Positions 42,301-53,692 of a stretch of DNA of 64,000 nt are shown piece by piece (the stretch's first letter is position 1; the number at the start of each line of letters is the position of its first letter). Under the pieces are notes generated by a model, which did no database searches, was not told the DNA's origin, and saw only the letters and a list, made by a program, of their open reading frames with translations. Made by a program: the position numbers and the translations under genes. The DNA comes from Nymphaea colorata (Eukaryota): the NCBI RefSeq assembly GCF_008831285.2, contig NC_045138.2:3782001-3846000 (forward strand), given 5' to 3'.

Positions 42301-45300
42301 AAACTCAATTTGATGCAAACCTTAAAATTTTTAGAAGTGATTCCGGAGGAGAATTCATTTGCAATGAATTTGAAGAATTCCTAAAGGAAAAGGGAGTTAT
42401 ACACCAAAAGTCTTGTCCCAAAACCCCCCAACAAAACGGAATCGCCGAAAGAAAACATAGACATATTCTTGAAACAACAAGAGCTCTCCTTATATCAAAA
42501 AATGTTCCAAAAAATTTTTGGGCTGAAGCAATTCTTACATCCATTTACTTGATTAATAGAATGCCCTCTAAAATTTTAGAAAATATTTCATCTTTTCAAA
42601 AACTTTTTAATTTGGAGCCAATTTATAAAAGATTCAAAGTCTTTGGTTGCAAATGTTACATTTTAAATGACAAAAATGATAAACTTTCATCTAGGGCTAT
42701 TCAATGTGTCTTTATTGGCTATTCTGAAACTCAAAAAGGATATAGATGCTATGATATTGAAAAAGATAAGGTCTATGTTTCTAGAAATGTGATTTTTTTA
42801 GAAGAAGAAAATGGCTTTAATGAAAATAAACCCAAGCATGAAGATGAATATTCCTTTTTATGGATAAAAGATGATGATTATGATAATGATGATGATGATG
42901 TTTTGCACTCTTCATATGATGATGCTCTAAATGAGGTTGATAGCACTTCTTTTAATAGACCACCACCAAGGGATGTAATAGTTTATGAGAGAAGGTCTCA
43001 ACAAAACATCCAAGAGTCTCAACCTACTCTTAGGAGATCTCAAAGAGATATTCATCCACCTCAAAAATTTGTCTCCTACGAGTCTTTTTCTCCAAAACAT
43101 AGAGCTTGCTTATTAGCTATTCACTCTCTTGATGAACCTTCATCCTATGTTGAAGCCAAAACTAACCCACTTTGGGTTGAAGCCATGAACAATGAACTTA
43201 AAGCCCTTGATGATAATAAAACTTGGGACATTGTGTCTCTTCCTATCGGGAAAAAGACAATAGGATGTAAGTGGGTTTACAAAATCAAAACTAGAAGTGA
43301 TGGATCTATTGAAAGGTATAAAGCTAGACTTGTTGCCAAAGGATATGCCCAAGAATATGGGATTGATTACGAAGAAACTTTTGCCCCTGTCGCTCGTATG
43401 ACCTCTGTTAGAACTCTTATTGCTGTTGCTTCTATTAAACAATGGTCCATATATCAATTGGATGTCAAAAATGCTTTTTTGAATGGTTACTTAAATGAAG
43501 AGGTATACATGGACTCACCCCCTGGGCTAGATGTACCTAAAGGCAAAGTTCTTTATCTCAAAAAGGCATTGTATGGTTTGAAACAAGCTCCAAAAGCTTG
43601 GTTTGATATGTTTAGCAATGTTATGTTTAAACAAGGTTTTAAATCATGTTTTTCTGACACAGCTATGTTTGTTAAAAACACAACTATAGGTACAATTGTG
43701 TTGCTTTTATATGTAGATGATATGATTATTACAGGTAATGATGCCAACGGAATTATGCAGGTAAAGACTTTCCTTAAGAATGAATTTGAAATGACTGATT
43801 GGATAAACTAACATATTTCCTTGGTATTGAAGTTTTGCTTATAGTAGAAGAGGATACTTGCTCTCACAAATGAAGTTTGCCAATAACATTATAAGCAGAT
43901 CAGGAATCACTGATGACAAGGTAGTGGACACTCCTGAAGCTTTAGGAGTAAAGATGAAGATTGATGATAGAGAAATTCTAGAAAATCCCACCCCCTTTCG
44001 TCAATTGGTGGGAGCTCTCACATATTTATCCATCACAAGGCCTGACATATCACATGTTGTACATGTTATAAGTCAGTTTCAACAAAGACTCACTTCTTTA
44101 CACATGGGAGCTGCATTGAGGATTGTTCGATATGTCAAACACACTATCACTAAGGGACTTTTTCTATCCTCCTCATCAAACTTGAATATGATTGCTTATA
44201 CTGATGCTGATTGGGGTGGAGATCCTAATAATAGGCATTCCACCACCGGTTTTTGTGTTTTTCTAGGTGACTCTCTCATTCCATGGAGATGCAAAAAACA
44301 ACATAAAGTCTCTTTATCTTCAACTGAAGCAGAGTATCGTGCAATGGCTACCACCACCATGGAGATTGTATGGTTGAAAAGCTTATTGAAGGACATTGGA
44401 ATTGACCTCAATGAAGCCACCAAGCTCTGCTGCGACAACAAAAGTGTCATCTATATTGCTAGCAATCACACTTTTCATGAAAGGACAAAACATATTGAAA
44501 TGGATTGTCACTATGTGAGAGAGAAATATCTTAGCCGAACAATTGATCTATCTTTTATCCCTTCTGAATATCAACTTGGAGATTTCTTCACCGAAGCACT
44601 GGCTTCCGCAAGATTCCAATTTCTTCTTGGCAAACTTTCGGTGATTACACCGTAAGTTTGAGGGGAGGTGTTAGAATTTATAATGTAAGTATACATACAT
44701 GTTTTTGTATCTACTCCTAGCAGTTTGATGTATGATTTGTATATATAAATGTATGTGTGTATGCATAGGACTTTTTGTATTTATTTTGTCTTTATTTTTC
44801 ATGCCTTTTTCTAAACCTTTTTCTTTTCCTTTTTTTATTAAGAAAGGAAGTAGCTGTTGGGAGTTCCCAATGGCTAGAAATCTAGCCATTGGGAGCCCCA
44901 ACAGCCACTTCCTCTTCCTCTTTTCTTCCTCCTTTCTTATATACTTCCTCTATAAATAGGGCACTTGGGACCTTTGTTCTTTTAAGGCTTTTTGGTCTCT
45001 CTTGTGTATTCTTCTCTTGAGATTAATATATTTGGTATCTTCTCCTCAAGTTTGAGGTTTGGCTTTGTATTATCTATTGAAGTTGTTGGGATCTTCAAGA
45101 GTATATCTCTTGAAGCATTTGCATTCTCGAATTTGGGCCTGATTTACAAGCTCCGCCATACCAAAAGTAAGGAGTCGGGTTGTTACATTGATATCCAAGC
45201 CATGCCATCACTCGGACTTACGATCCTACATGCATGAATGTATGTGCCTTGATTCTTCTCTTTAGGGGGGGGGTAAGGAGTCGGGTTGTTACATTGATAT

Positions 45301-48300
45301 CCAAGCCATGCCATCACTCGGACTTACGATCCTACATGCATGAATGTATGTGCCTTGATTCTTCTCTTTAGGGGGGGGGGGGGTGGGGTGGTGGTGTTGG
45401 TTGTGGCGTGAGGAAGGGAGCAGAGATTAATTGTACTAGTTCCTAGCCCTTTTAGGGGGAGGGACCGAGGGGCAGGTTGACATCTACCAGAACGAGTGCC
45501 CAAGCCCAATGTGGAAGTGGGCCTGGGTTGTTATATTTATAGTATAATTTTTTCTACCCTCTCAAAGTCACATAAAATCCACATATTGATTTGATAAAAT
45601 CTACTAGATGATCAGTGCTACTTGACTCATAAATGTCATACTCGAAAGAGCTGAATCATATAAATTTTGCATCCCTAGTGATTTGTGCACGAGATGAGTT
45701 ATTTTCACATGATGAAATTTTGTTGTCCACCTCATCTTGTTCCAGAACTAGTAAAGTTATAGGCCACCTTGTATAATAATTCATTTGGAACCATAAAATA
45801 TTAAAAACTTGAGTTGCAAGCTAGGAGTAAAGGTATCATGTTCACAGTTTTGCTTTCTTGATTATATACACACATGAGTAAAGAGGGTTAAGGATTTCCT
45901 CAAGCAAGATACGGTTTGAGTTTAGTGCTGAGAGTTTGGATGTGTTGCACTTTGGACTGATTATTTCATTTACTCTTTAGATTATGCTAGTTTCATGGCT
46001 GATTAACGTGGTATCAGAGCTAGGCTCGATGCAGACTGATTCTTACTTGATACCCCAAGCTGCGGAGGACCGGGGGCAGGGTGTTTTTACTGCCTTGGAG
46101 TTTTGTTCACCAACTATTTGGTGAATCTCCCGTGCGCAATTTTGTCCACTTTTTCAGTGCTGCTGCAAGAAAGCTTCCTCTTGAAGCTATGTTGCTGCAT
46201 CACCATCGCCGTGGTGGGTACACTGCACTGGGCAGCTAGAAAAATTTCTTGAGCACCAACTGTTTGACAGAATTTCTTAGACTTTGAGGCTGCTTGTTTG
46301 CTGTGCAATCCTTGCTACTGCCTTGTGTCTAGATCTAGCTCCGCCGAAGATTTGTTTTGTAGCTTTCTTGCAGCAGCACTGAAAAAGTGGACAAAATTGC
46401 GCACGGGAGATTCACCAAATAGTTGGTGAACAAAACTCCAAGGCAGTAAAAACACCCTGCCCCCGGTCCTCCGCAGCTTGGGGTATCAAGTAAGAATCAG
46501 TCTGCATCGAGCCTAGCTCATCCTCATCTTAATCTTCTTCTTCATCTTCATCTTAAAAAAACCCCTTCCTCCCAACGTGAATCAGCCAGCCACGCACAAA
46601 TCCATGGTTTAATCGATGTTTTCACTTCGAAAATCGATGATTTAACGATGGAAATCGATGATTTCCCTCCACGACGGCACAATCTCTAGGTTAGAAATGA
46701 AGAAGAGGCAGATTTTTATAAAGAAAACTCAAAAAAAGGGAATTCAAGCCCCCCTTTTTTGAAATCAGCCCGTATCGTACGATATGGGGTTACAGGGGTC
46801 TGTATCGTACGTATCGTACGATACATCCACGATACACCCCTATTTACGATACAGGGGTGTATCGTATTGTATTTTCTGAACGATATGATACGTATCGTAT
46901 CGTATTTTCTGAATGATATGATACGTATCGTACGATACGTACAACACTATGCTGGGTCGTTACAGTGGTATCAAAGTTTGGTTCAACACTCGGACCTAAG
47001 GTCTCACACATGCGAACGTGTGTGTCTTGAGATGGGGGTGGATCATGACACCCTATTGTGAAAGTTTAGTCTTGTATATAAGATTGAGAGAAATCTTGAT
47101 CGACTTATGAAGGGGCTGGCCAAGTAAGTAGTTGATTGTCATGGTTCCTAGTCTTTTAAGGCTGGAACTGGAACTACTAAGGGACAATTAGGGGTCCGCC
47201 AGACCAATAGCCCAAACCAGGTGTAGGAGTGGGCCAGGCAGCATAAAATCATTTCTGGGATTTGTTTACATTGGCCAAATCTCGAAGCTCATGAACTTTC
47301 AGATCTCTTAAAGAAAACACATACAATGAAAGACATAGCATGCAAGTGCAACCCACAAGTTAAAATTGCAAGCCTACAATAAGGAGACAAAACCATCAAA
47401 GAATGTGTCACATAAATAGACCAACTTTCCGATGAATTGGCTGGTTTGATGCTCTATATACTGCTTCAAGGGAAAACCAAATATAAAGATTATTGCCTTG
47501 AGGCCCCTATTATAGGGGGTTAAAACTTCATTACTCCATCAGTTCACACGAGTGAGGTTATTGCCAAACTCCAAATGAAAGACAACAGATTGAATTTTAT
47601 TTAAAGAAAATGAAAGTGTTCCACCACATGGCCCGGAGCACATGTAAAACTGTATACGCCTCTCCACTTTGATATGTAGGGTCCAAAGTGATAAAGAGCA
47701 GTAATTGATTGAACTTTTAAAAAAGAAAGGAAAAGAATGGCATACTTTTTGACAGCATCTCGTAGTGTTTCTTCTTCAAATGGACTCCACCTCCTGATTT
47801 TTCTTCGCCTAGTATATCTAGTAGCATCTTGCCTCTGCAGAGGTGAAATCTTCAATTTCTTTGGGCTGGGTAGATGTATAGCTCTTGAATGACTTTGTGA
47901 TTTTTCCAAAAGAGGCTCAGTTGATTCACTATCCCACTGCATATACAACACAACAAGATACAAACCAAGAGCAGTTATTCTAAACGAAAAGAGAAAAAAG
48001 AGCATGCAATATACAAAATATACTAGACAACAGTCCTCAAAAATAGCAGTGCAACTAATATAATCCAAGAGAATCAACCCACTTTGATGGACCAATCCCA
48101 AAATGATCAGAACAACAATCAAGAGAAAGAGAAAAGCCAGTGTGGTATGTATCATACGATACGGGGCCGTATCGTACGATACGTATCGTATCGTTTACAA
48201 AATACGATACAATACACCCCTTGTATCGTAAGCGATACGCCCCGTATCGTACGATACGGTCTGATTTCAAAAAAGAGAGACTCGAATCCCCCTTTTTCGA

Positions 48301-51300
48301 GTTTTCTTTATAAAAACCCGCCCCTTCTTCATTTCTAACCTAGATATTGTGCCGTCGTGGAGGGAAATCATTGATTTCCATCGTTAAATCATCGATTGTC
48401 ACTGTGAAATAATCGATTAAACCATGGGTTTGTGCGTGGGTGGCTGATTCCGGTTGGGAGGAAAGGGGTTTTTCAAATCGTGAAGATGAAGATTAAGAAG
48501 GAGATGACGATGAGAATGAATATGATGAAGATTATGAATGAGAGACGAGAGTGCTTTCATTTTATATGTATTGACATTGAACATTTTCACAATTTCATTA
48601 CCATCTTGTGATGTAATACATAACATATAAAACTTGTTTTTTGATGTGGTATCTCATAGACTTATGGACCTTATGACTTATGAATCTATGGTTATGAAAT
48701 TATGATATATGTTACGTAATTGTTGACTTGTTGTGCTTTTTAAATTGATATTGTTATGAATTTTGATGTTTACGAATGATGAACCGTAACTTTATAGCAA
48801 TCATAAGTCTATCATTCTGCAAAACATGTTTTTTGTGAAGAATATATTATTCTTGATTTTTACTGATTTTTTATGAATTTTTCGATTTTTTTTCTATTTT
48901 TCTGATTTATTTAAAAAAAACGATACGGTTACGATACGTTACGATATTTTACGATAAGGCGTATCTTAAAGCCAGACCGATACGGCTTACGATACGCTTT
49001 TTACAACATTGAGAAAAGCAAATGCAGGCCTATATGCATGTATTAGGATCCCTCACCATCTAAATTACAAAAAACAAACCTTTCCAAACCACAAACGTAT
49101 GGGCAGGGAGCAACTATATGAATACCAGCTTTACATTCCATCATAATAGCAGACCGGTTACAGAAGGATTAAGCATTAATTAGCTTAGAACAAAACCCAA
49201 GTCTCATTTAAATTTTTAAACCATAAAAAATTAGATGCATAGAAACAGATAACATGCATATTTATTGTATGCATGTGCTTGTACACATGCGCGAGAGAAA
49301 GAGAGAGAGAGAGAGCATCTAAATTTCAGAAAAGCTATAACATGCATTTTCTGAAACATAAAGGTAAGTTGGAAATTTAGACATGTTCATTAGAATCAAA
49401 TTTCTTAGACAAAAACAACCTTATGAACTTTTAGCTTTATGTCTTAGCTTATAGCAGACCATTTGCAAATAGATCAAATCCTAAGTAGCTTAGATCAAAA
49501 TTCAACTCCCAATCAAACCATGAACAAATAAATGCATAGAAACAGAGCAAATCTAGAACACAGGAACAGAAAATACAATCGTGTGAATTTGATCAAAACT
49601 CATGTCTCATGTAACCATAAACACATTTGGATGCATAAAAACAGAGCAAAACTAGATGCATAGAAACAGATGACCTGTTGCAAGCATCACTAAGTGTACA
49701 ATTTGGATAAAGTCTGGGACTACATTTGCCTCAAATTCTCCTATTTAGGGGGAGGACTGAACCATCTTTATCATGAGACAAAAAAAATAATATCATGGGC
49801 AACATCTACATTTGCTGTTATAAGGAAAGCAAAACAAGCACCACGAATTCTCACAAAGTTCTGTTTACTAATAACATGTTGCCCTGTATTAAATCATCCA
49901 TGTCTTCTAAGTTTGTCTAATTATGAAGCATATAATCAACTAGAAATGCAGCTAATGATGTCAAAATAGGCGTCAGTTTGCAGCAATATTAAAAACAAAA
50001 CACAAAGTTTTAGCTTTGTCCATTGAAGACGTGGATGAACATAGTGCCAAAACAGGATAGAGTGATAGAATCCAAGGTTTTTAGGACAAACAGGTTTCTC
50101 AAATAGTTTTTGAATATATCCTTTGCAACACTCTACAATAAGGAAGAACTTCGTGGGAACAATGTTCACAGCAAAACAAGCTATAGGTTTCCTAGCTGCC
50201 TGCAATCATAAGATAGACTGATTTTATATGAAGTGAGAATTCCAGAAAAGCCAAAATATCTGCATGGAACTTAAGAGATACATCCATTTCTGAACAAGTT
50301 ATAGATTCTTCTAACCATCTAAACTTTTTAAAACATCTTTATGAAGAATATTCTGTGCAGTCAAATTATCATTATTTACATACGCACAATGCAAAACCAA
50401 AAGAAAATAAGGTTCCAACCTCATAAGTTTGAGCAGTCTTATTGCGGTCAAAAAGGCTAGGCTTTATCATTCTTCCATAGCTATGTGTACATTGTCCTTC
50501 TGAACCAGTGCCCCTCATGTTTCCAGTATTGGGTTCTTCTGAGTGACCTATCTCAGTAGCTTCCCCCACGGTTTTTGGATCTCCAAGAGTATTATGCGGA
50601 ATTTCTTTTGATGCTTTACTGTTACAATCTTCACATCCAATTTTAGACTTATTTTCCATTTGTCGAACCATTTCCAGTGCATTTGGAAGAGGATCCTCCA
50701 CAGCCAACTGCAGATTCAAGGCACTTGATTTAAGCGCTGCCTGGACATTGTGGATTGCTTGTGTTTGCATCAACCTAATCCCATCTCCCAAGTTACTATC
50801 ACCAATCACCGGCACATGACTAACACCTCCATTTCTATTTGGTGCATCCCCGTGCATAAGTGCAGCACTTGCTTCTTGTTTAGGGCCACAACCTGGAACA
50901 GCATCTTCATGTTTGTTAATTAAACATATTCTTGCACTCTATATCATATAAACTTTCAGATTTGCCTGACAAACTTAGCATGGTATCTAACCAAACTGCT
51001 ATGGTTATTTATCCTCCAAATTGTGAGATGGAGAAATGCTGGTGCCTCATGTTTCACCAGCATGGGATGACTCAAAATCATTCCAAAAGATCATGTTACT
51101 ACCTATACACATGTTAAATTATGTCAAATTTTCAGTGTGTGTGTGTGATGTACTGATGTGTGTGTATGTAGTAATTACATAATTGTTGTAAATTTATTAC
51201 TAAAATTCATATTTTATACATGCTTATACATTATCATACATGTTATCATAATATATGAATCAAAAAAATTATTTGATAGTTTATACATATTTAAATATAC

Positions 51301-52242
51301 TTTATGCAAAAAATGCAATTAAACCCAGGCTGAATGACTGAGTTAACCATTCACTATGAGTCGAGCCAAAAGTCACTAGGTTTTAAAACATTGGTCACAA
51401 GCTATTGACTGGCAATATACAAGATTAAGTGGCCTGTTCATCCATTAAATTCCAGCCAATAATAACAAAAGGTGCTAACCATTCGATGGAGGCTGATGAG
51501 GAGATGAAATGTTCTCTTCCAGCATTGGGGCACAAGCCCTTTGGTCTGTCTCTAAAGTTGAAGAAACCACACTTCTCCAAAAACCATCTAGGTCGTGGTG
51601 TTTCCCTTGGACATACCCGGACACAACACCAAGAAAGGGTAGCCCTAGGTCACGAGCAGCAATGACCAAGAATGCCTGTAATGATTCCAGGGCGGCCCTA
51701 ACCGCCTCTTTCCTTAACTCATAAGTATGGACTCTTTCCCCACCAGCCACTGCCACAACCACCGCCTCCAGCTCCATCCTCACCTCTTTCCAGCATCTAG
51801 GAATGAAACCCATGGAACTAACCAACTCCATCTTGCTGATCCGCTCTGTCCAAATCCTCTGCATTGCAGAGTAGTAATCGCCCGCTTCATCATCAGGGTT
51901 GTCTCCTAGGAAGCTCAAGATGCTAGCCACGACAACATACCCATATGCAGTTCTCATTGAAGATGTGGCTGTTTCTGAGGAAACCATTGGGGCAATGGAG
52001 TCAAGTTCCTCAACCATCTCTAGGGAATCGAGGATCTTCTCCGAGATGGTGCCCTTGGAGACCTCTGAGGAAATTCTCCGCAAAAGGATAATCTTCTTGA
52101 GACGGATGTCTTCATCAGGGAGAGGGAGCACCGTCACAAGCCTGTTGACAATCCAATCATCAATCGGTTGTCGGAGAACAAATTCCAAGATCCAACCCGC
52201 TATCGTTCTGGACCTCAATGAGCCCATAGTCATCCTATCCAT
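37560..52242 (-). CDS. TRFL: TRF-like telomere-repeat-binding-factor family protein with C-terminal single Myb/SANT (telobox) domain, ~511 aa
   Basis: Exons 52242-51480, 50892-50420, 47936-47746, 37756-37690, 37601-37560 (1536 nt, phases close, ends TAG). Spliced Myb reads RRWSPFEEETLRDAVKKCGVGSWKFILNCHHEVFEGRTEIDLKDKWRNM, where LKDKWRN is the telobox signature. The N-terminus WILEFVLRQ..LLRRI..ISEKILDSLE recalls plant TRFL5/7/10-type proteins. The exon 2 acceptor is weak and the 5' UTR exons are unresolved. Confidence 0.85.
39284..39329. repeat. Compound (CT)n(CA)n microsatellite
   Basis: Directly visible. A similar compound repeat lies at about 11870-11898. Confidence 0.9.
39757..45148 (+). 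mobile_element. Full-length Ty1/copia LTR retrotransposon with disabling mutations, antisense in intron 3 of the TRF-like gene
   Basis: 5' LTR 39757-40263 and 3' LTR 44669-45148 (TG..CA), TSD AGCTC on both sides, PBS TGGTATCAAAGC 40264-40275, PPT GAGGGGAGG 44660-44668. Domain order is gag, PR, INT, RT, RH. Confidence 0.97.
40567..44655 (+). pseudogene. Copia gag-pol polyprotein, interrupted
   Basis: Gag with zinc knuckle CFHCQEERHTKPRC, protease WILDSGAS, integrase ELVHSDVWG/RSDSGGEF/QQNGIAERKHR, RT LLYVDDM, RNaseH YTDADW..STEAEY..CDN. In-frame stops at 41094, 41976 and 41982 and indels near 43800-43840. Confidence 0.93.
45167..45378. repeat. 106-bp direct tandem duplication (TRIM LTR end + PBS + internal region + PPT)
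   Basis: GTAAGGAGTCGGGTTGTTACA...TTTAGGGGGGG starts at 45167 and 45273, essentially identical. Confidence 0.9.
45721..46360 (+). mobile_element. Truncated LTR retrotransposon 5' end (LTR, PBS, leader)
   Basis: Canonical Met-tRNA PBS TGGTATCAGAGC at 46009-46020 preceded by ..GATTAACG. LTR start tentatively TGTTG at 45721. No coding region follows. Confidence 0.55.
46017..46519. repeat. Perfect 159-bp inverted repeat with 185-bp spacer
   Basis: Arm 1 46017-46175 (GAGCTAGGCTCGATG...GCAAGAAAGCT) is the reverse complement of arm 2 46361-46519. I found no mismatch by eye. Confidence 0.95.
46520..46949 (-). mobile_element. Truncated copy of the hAT non-autonomous element, inverted relative to 48138-49011
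   Basis: Reverse complement aligns with 48138-~48520. It has CGTATCGTACGATACG subterminal palindromes and the terminus TACAACACTA. Confidence 0.85.
46950..47243 (+). mobile_element. TRIM-like element (LTR end, PBS, short internal region, PPT, LTR)
   Basis: GGGTCGTTACA-G-TGGTATCAAAG (PBS), internal CACTCGGACCTAAGG..TGTGTGTCTTGA homologous to about 45208-45252, PPT GAGATGGGGGTGGA, then a ~200-bp LTR. Confidence 0.65.
47242..47600 (+). mobile_element. Decayed copia gag fragment related to the 39757 element
   Basis: HKIISGI..LKKTHTMKDIA..KIASLQ*GDKTIK..EVIAKLQMKDNRLNF aligns with gag at about 40815-41243. Confidence 0.8.
48138..49011 (+). mobile_element. Complete non-autonomous hAT element (874 bp) in intron 2 of the TRF-like gene
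   Basis: 8-bp TSD AGAAAAGC at 48130-48137 and 49012-49019. TIRs CAGTGTGGTA / TACAACATTG. Clusters of CGATAC/GTATCG subterminal repeats at both ends. Confidence 0.92.
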
Positions 52243-53692
52243 GATGGCCCGTTTGATTACACAGATAAAACTTCACATATTTTTTCTCTATAAATAATTC
52301 CCTGGAAAAAAAGAGAACAGAAAAAAGTCTCAGCTCTGCATTTTTAACCTATGTTTGGTGGCAATAAACAAAAATTCAGGAAAAGCCTGACAATTTTTTG
52401 ATCAGCAGGAAAAAAGTAACAAAAATTTTTATCGTTCATACCAATCTCCAACCCAGCATTCCAAGTTATAAGGAAGTGAATGAGGAAAAACAAGAAAAAG
52501 AAAATGAAGATATCAAGGGCTGAATTAAACTGACTGGCTAGAAGGGATAGAATTACTTAAAAAGAACTCTTGTTACACACCTGATCTAACTTCAGCTTAA
52601 ACCAGATGAAGTCTTAGGCACGACATAGGAGAAAATTGAAGGCAAGTAAAACCCCAAAATATTCACAATTTGATGAAATAATAGACAAGATCATCAACTC
52701 ACATATTATTGTAACATTTTGTAATGTTTTGGACGGAATTTAGGTCTTAAGGTGAATTGAATTATCATAAACTTGAACACATTTCCAACAAGACAACACA
52801 AATAACGTTTTGGAGTTTTAAACCCCGAGGTTTTTCTCGAGTATAATATGGCAAGCTTAAAAAAATGGAAAAAAAAAAAAGAGAAAATACGGTCAATTTT
52901 AAAAGTTTTAAAAAGATCCTAATTTAAAAAAAATAGAAAAAAATTAAATAAATGAAAAACTAATAAGGCAATATCAAAAGAAGAACTACATAACAAAACA
53001 ATTAGAAAATGAACACAAGCAGTAAAAAATGAGGATCACTCAGAAACAATAAAAAGAACAGAAATAAACAGACAGAAACGTTCTTACTTCTAAGTTTCTA
53101 ACGCACAAGAAAAATTGAAGGCACAGGAATTCCAACGCACAAAGTCTCTCAGCCATAGAGTTCCTAAGTTCTAAGAATCTAACTTCTGAGACACATATAC
53201 AAATCGACTAAAAAATCGACATATGCAAATCGACCGAAAAACTAGAAAACTACATGTCCTGTACTTTTCAGTATTGCTTACCTAAAAAATCCAACGCAAA
53301 TCCGCAAATCGACTGAAAAAAAACAAAGCAAATCCTACCTCCGCGCAGGTGTAGAACGAGGACAGACAGTCGGAGCTTTGCTGGGTACCGGAAACTATTC
53401 GCAGCTGTCGGAGGCTTGGTGTGCCTGCCGCCCGATGGAAGCCCCCCAACAAAGACGTGCCAGTGTGCTCCGCCGGTGAGTTGCAGGTCGGGAATGTCGC
53501 CGGAAGTCGGGAATGTTTGGGTCTAGAGTTTCCCCTATTATGAACACCATGAACCCTAAATCGAAACGTTGAGTATGTTTTTAACGTTTAAGTTTTACGT
53601 TTTATTCATTATTTTACAAATCTACCATTCAAAGTTTTAGAAATTATCATTAATGCGACCGAATTAAGACCTCGCTTTTAAAAAAAGACGCG

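Larger units (their letters stand above)
39570..45535 (+). mobile_element. TRIM-like miniature LTR element interrupted by the copia insertion
   Basis: LTR-like part 39570-39756 shares TAAGATTGAGAGAAATCTTG and downstream motifs with 47079 onward. It resumes after the copia TSD and ends GGGTTGTTACA (45187), followed by a degenerate PBS TTGATATCCAAGCC, a ~70-bp internal region, a poly-G PPT and a second partial LTR ending GGGTTGTTATA. Confidence 0.55.

Noticed and set aside
46759..48338. ORFs with IVRY/DTIR repeats
   Set aside because: They are translations of the hAT subterminal CGTATCGTACGATACG palindromes.
50893..51102. Extra TRF-like coding exon between exons 1 and 2
   Set aside because: Using the acceptor near 51102 gives an in-frame TGA within about 20 codons.
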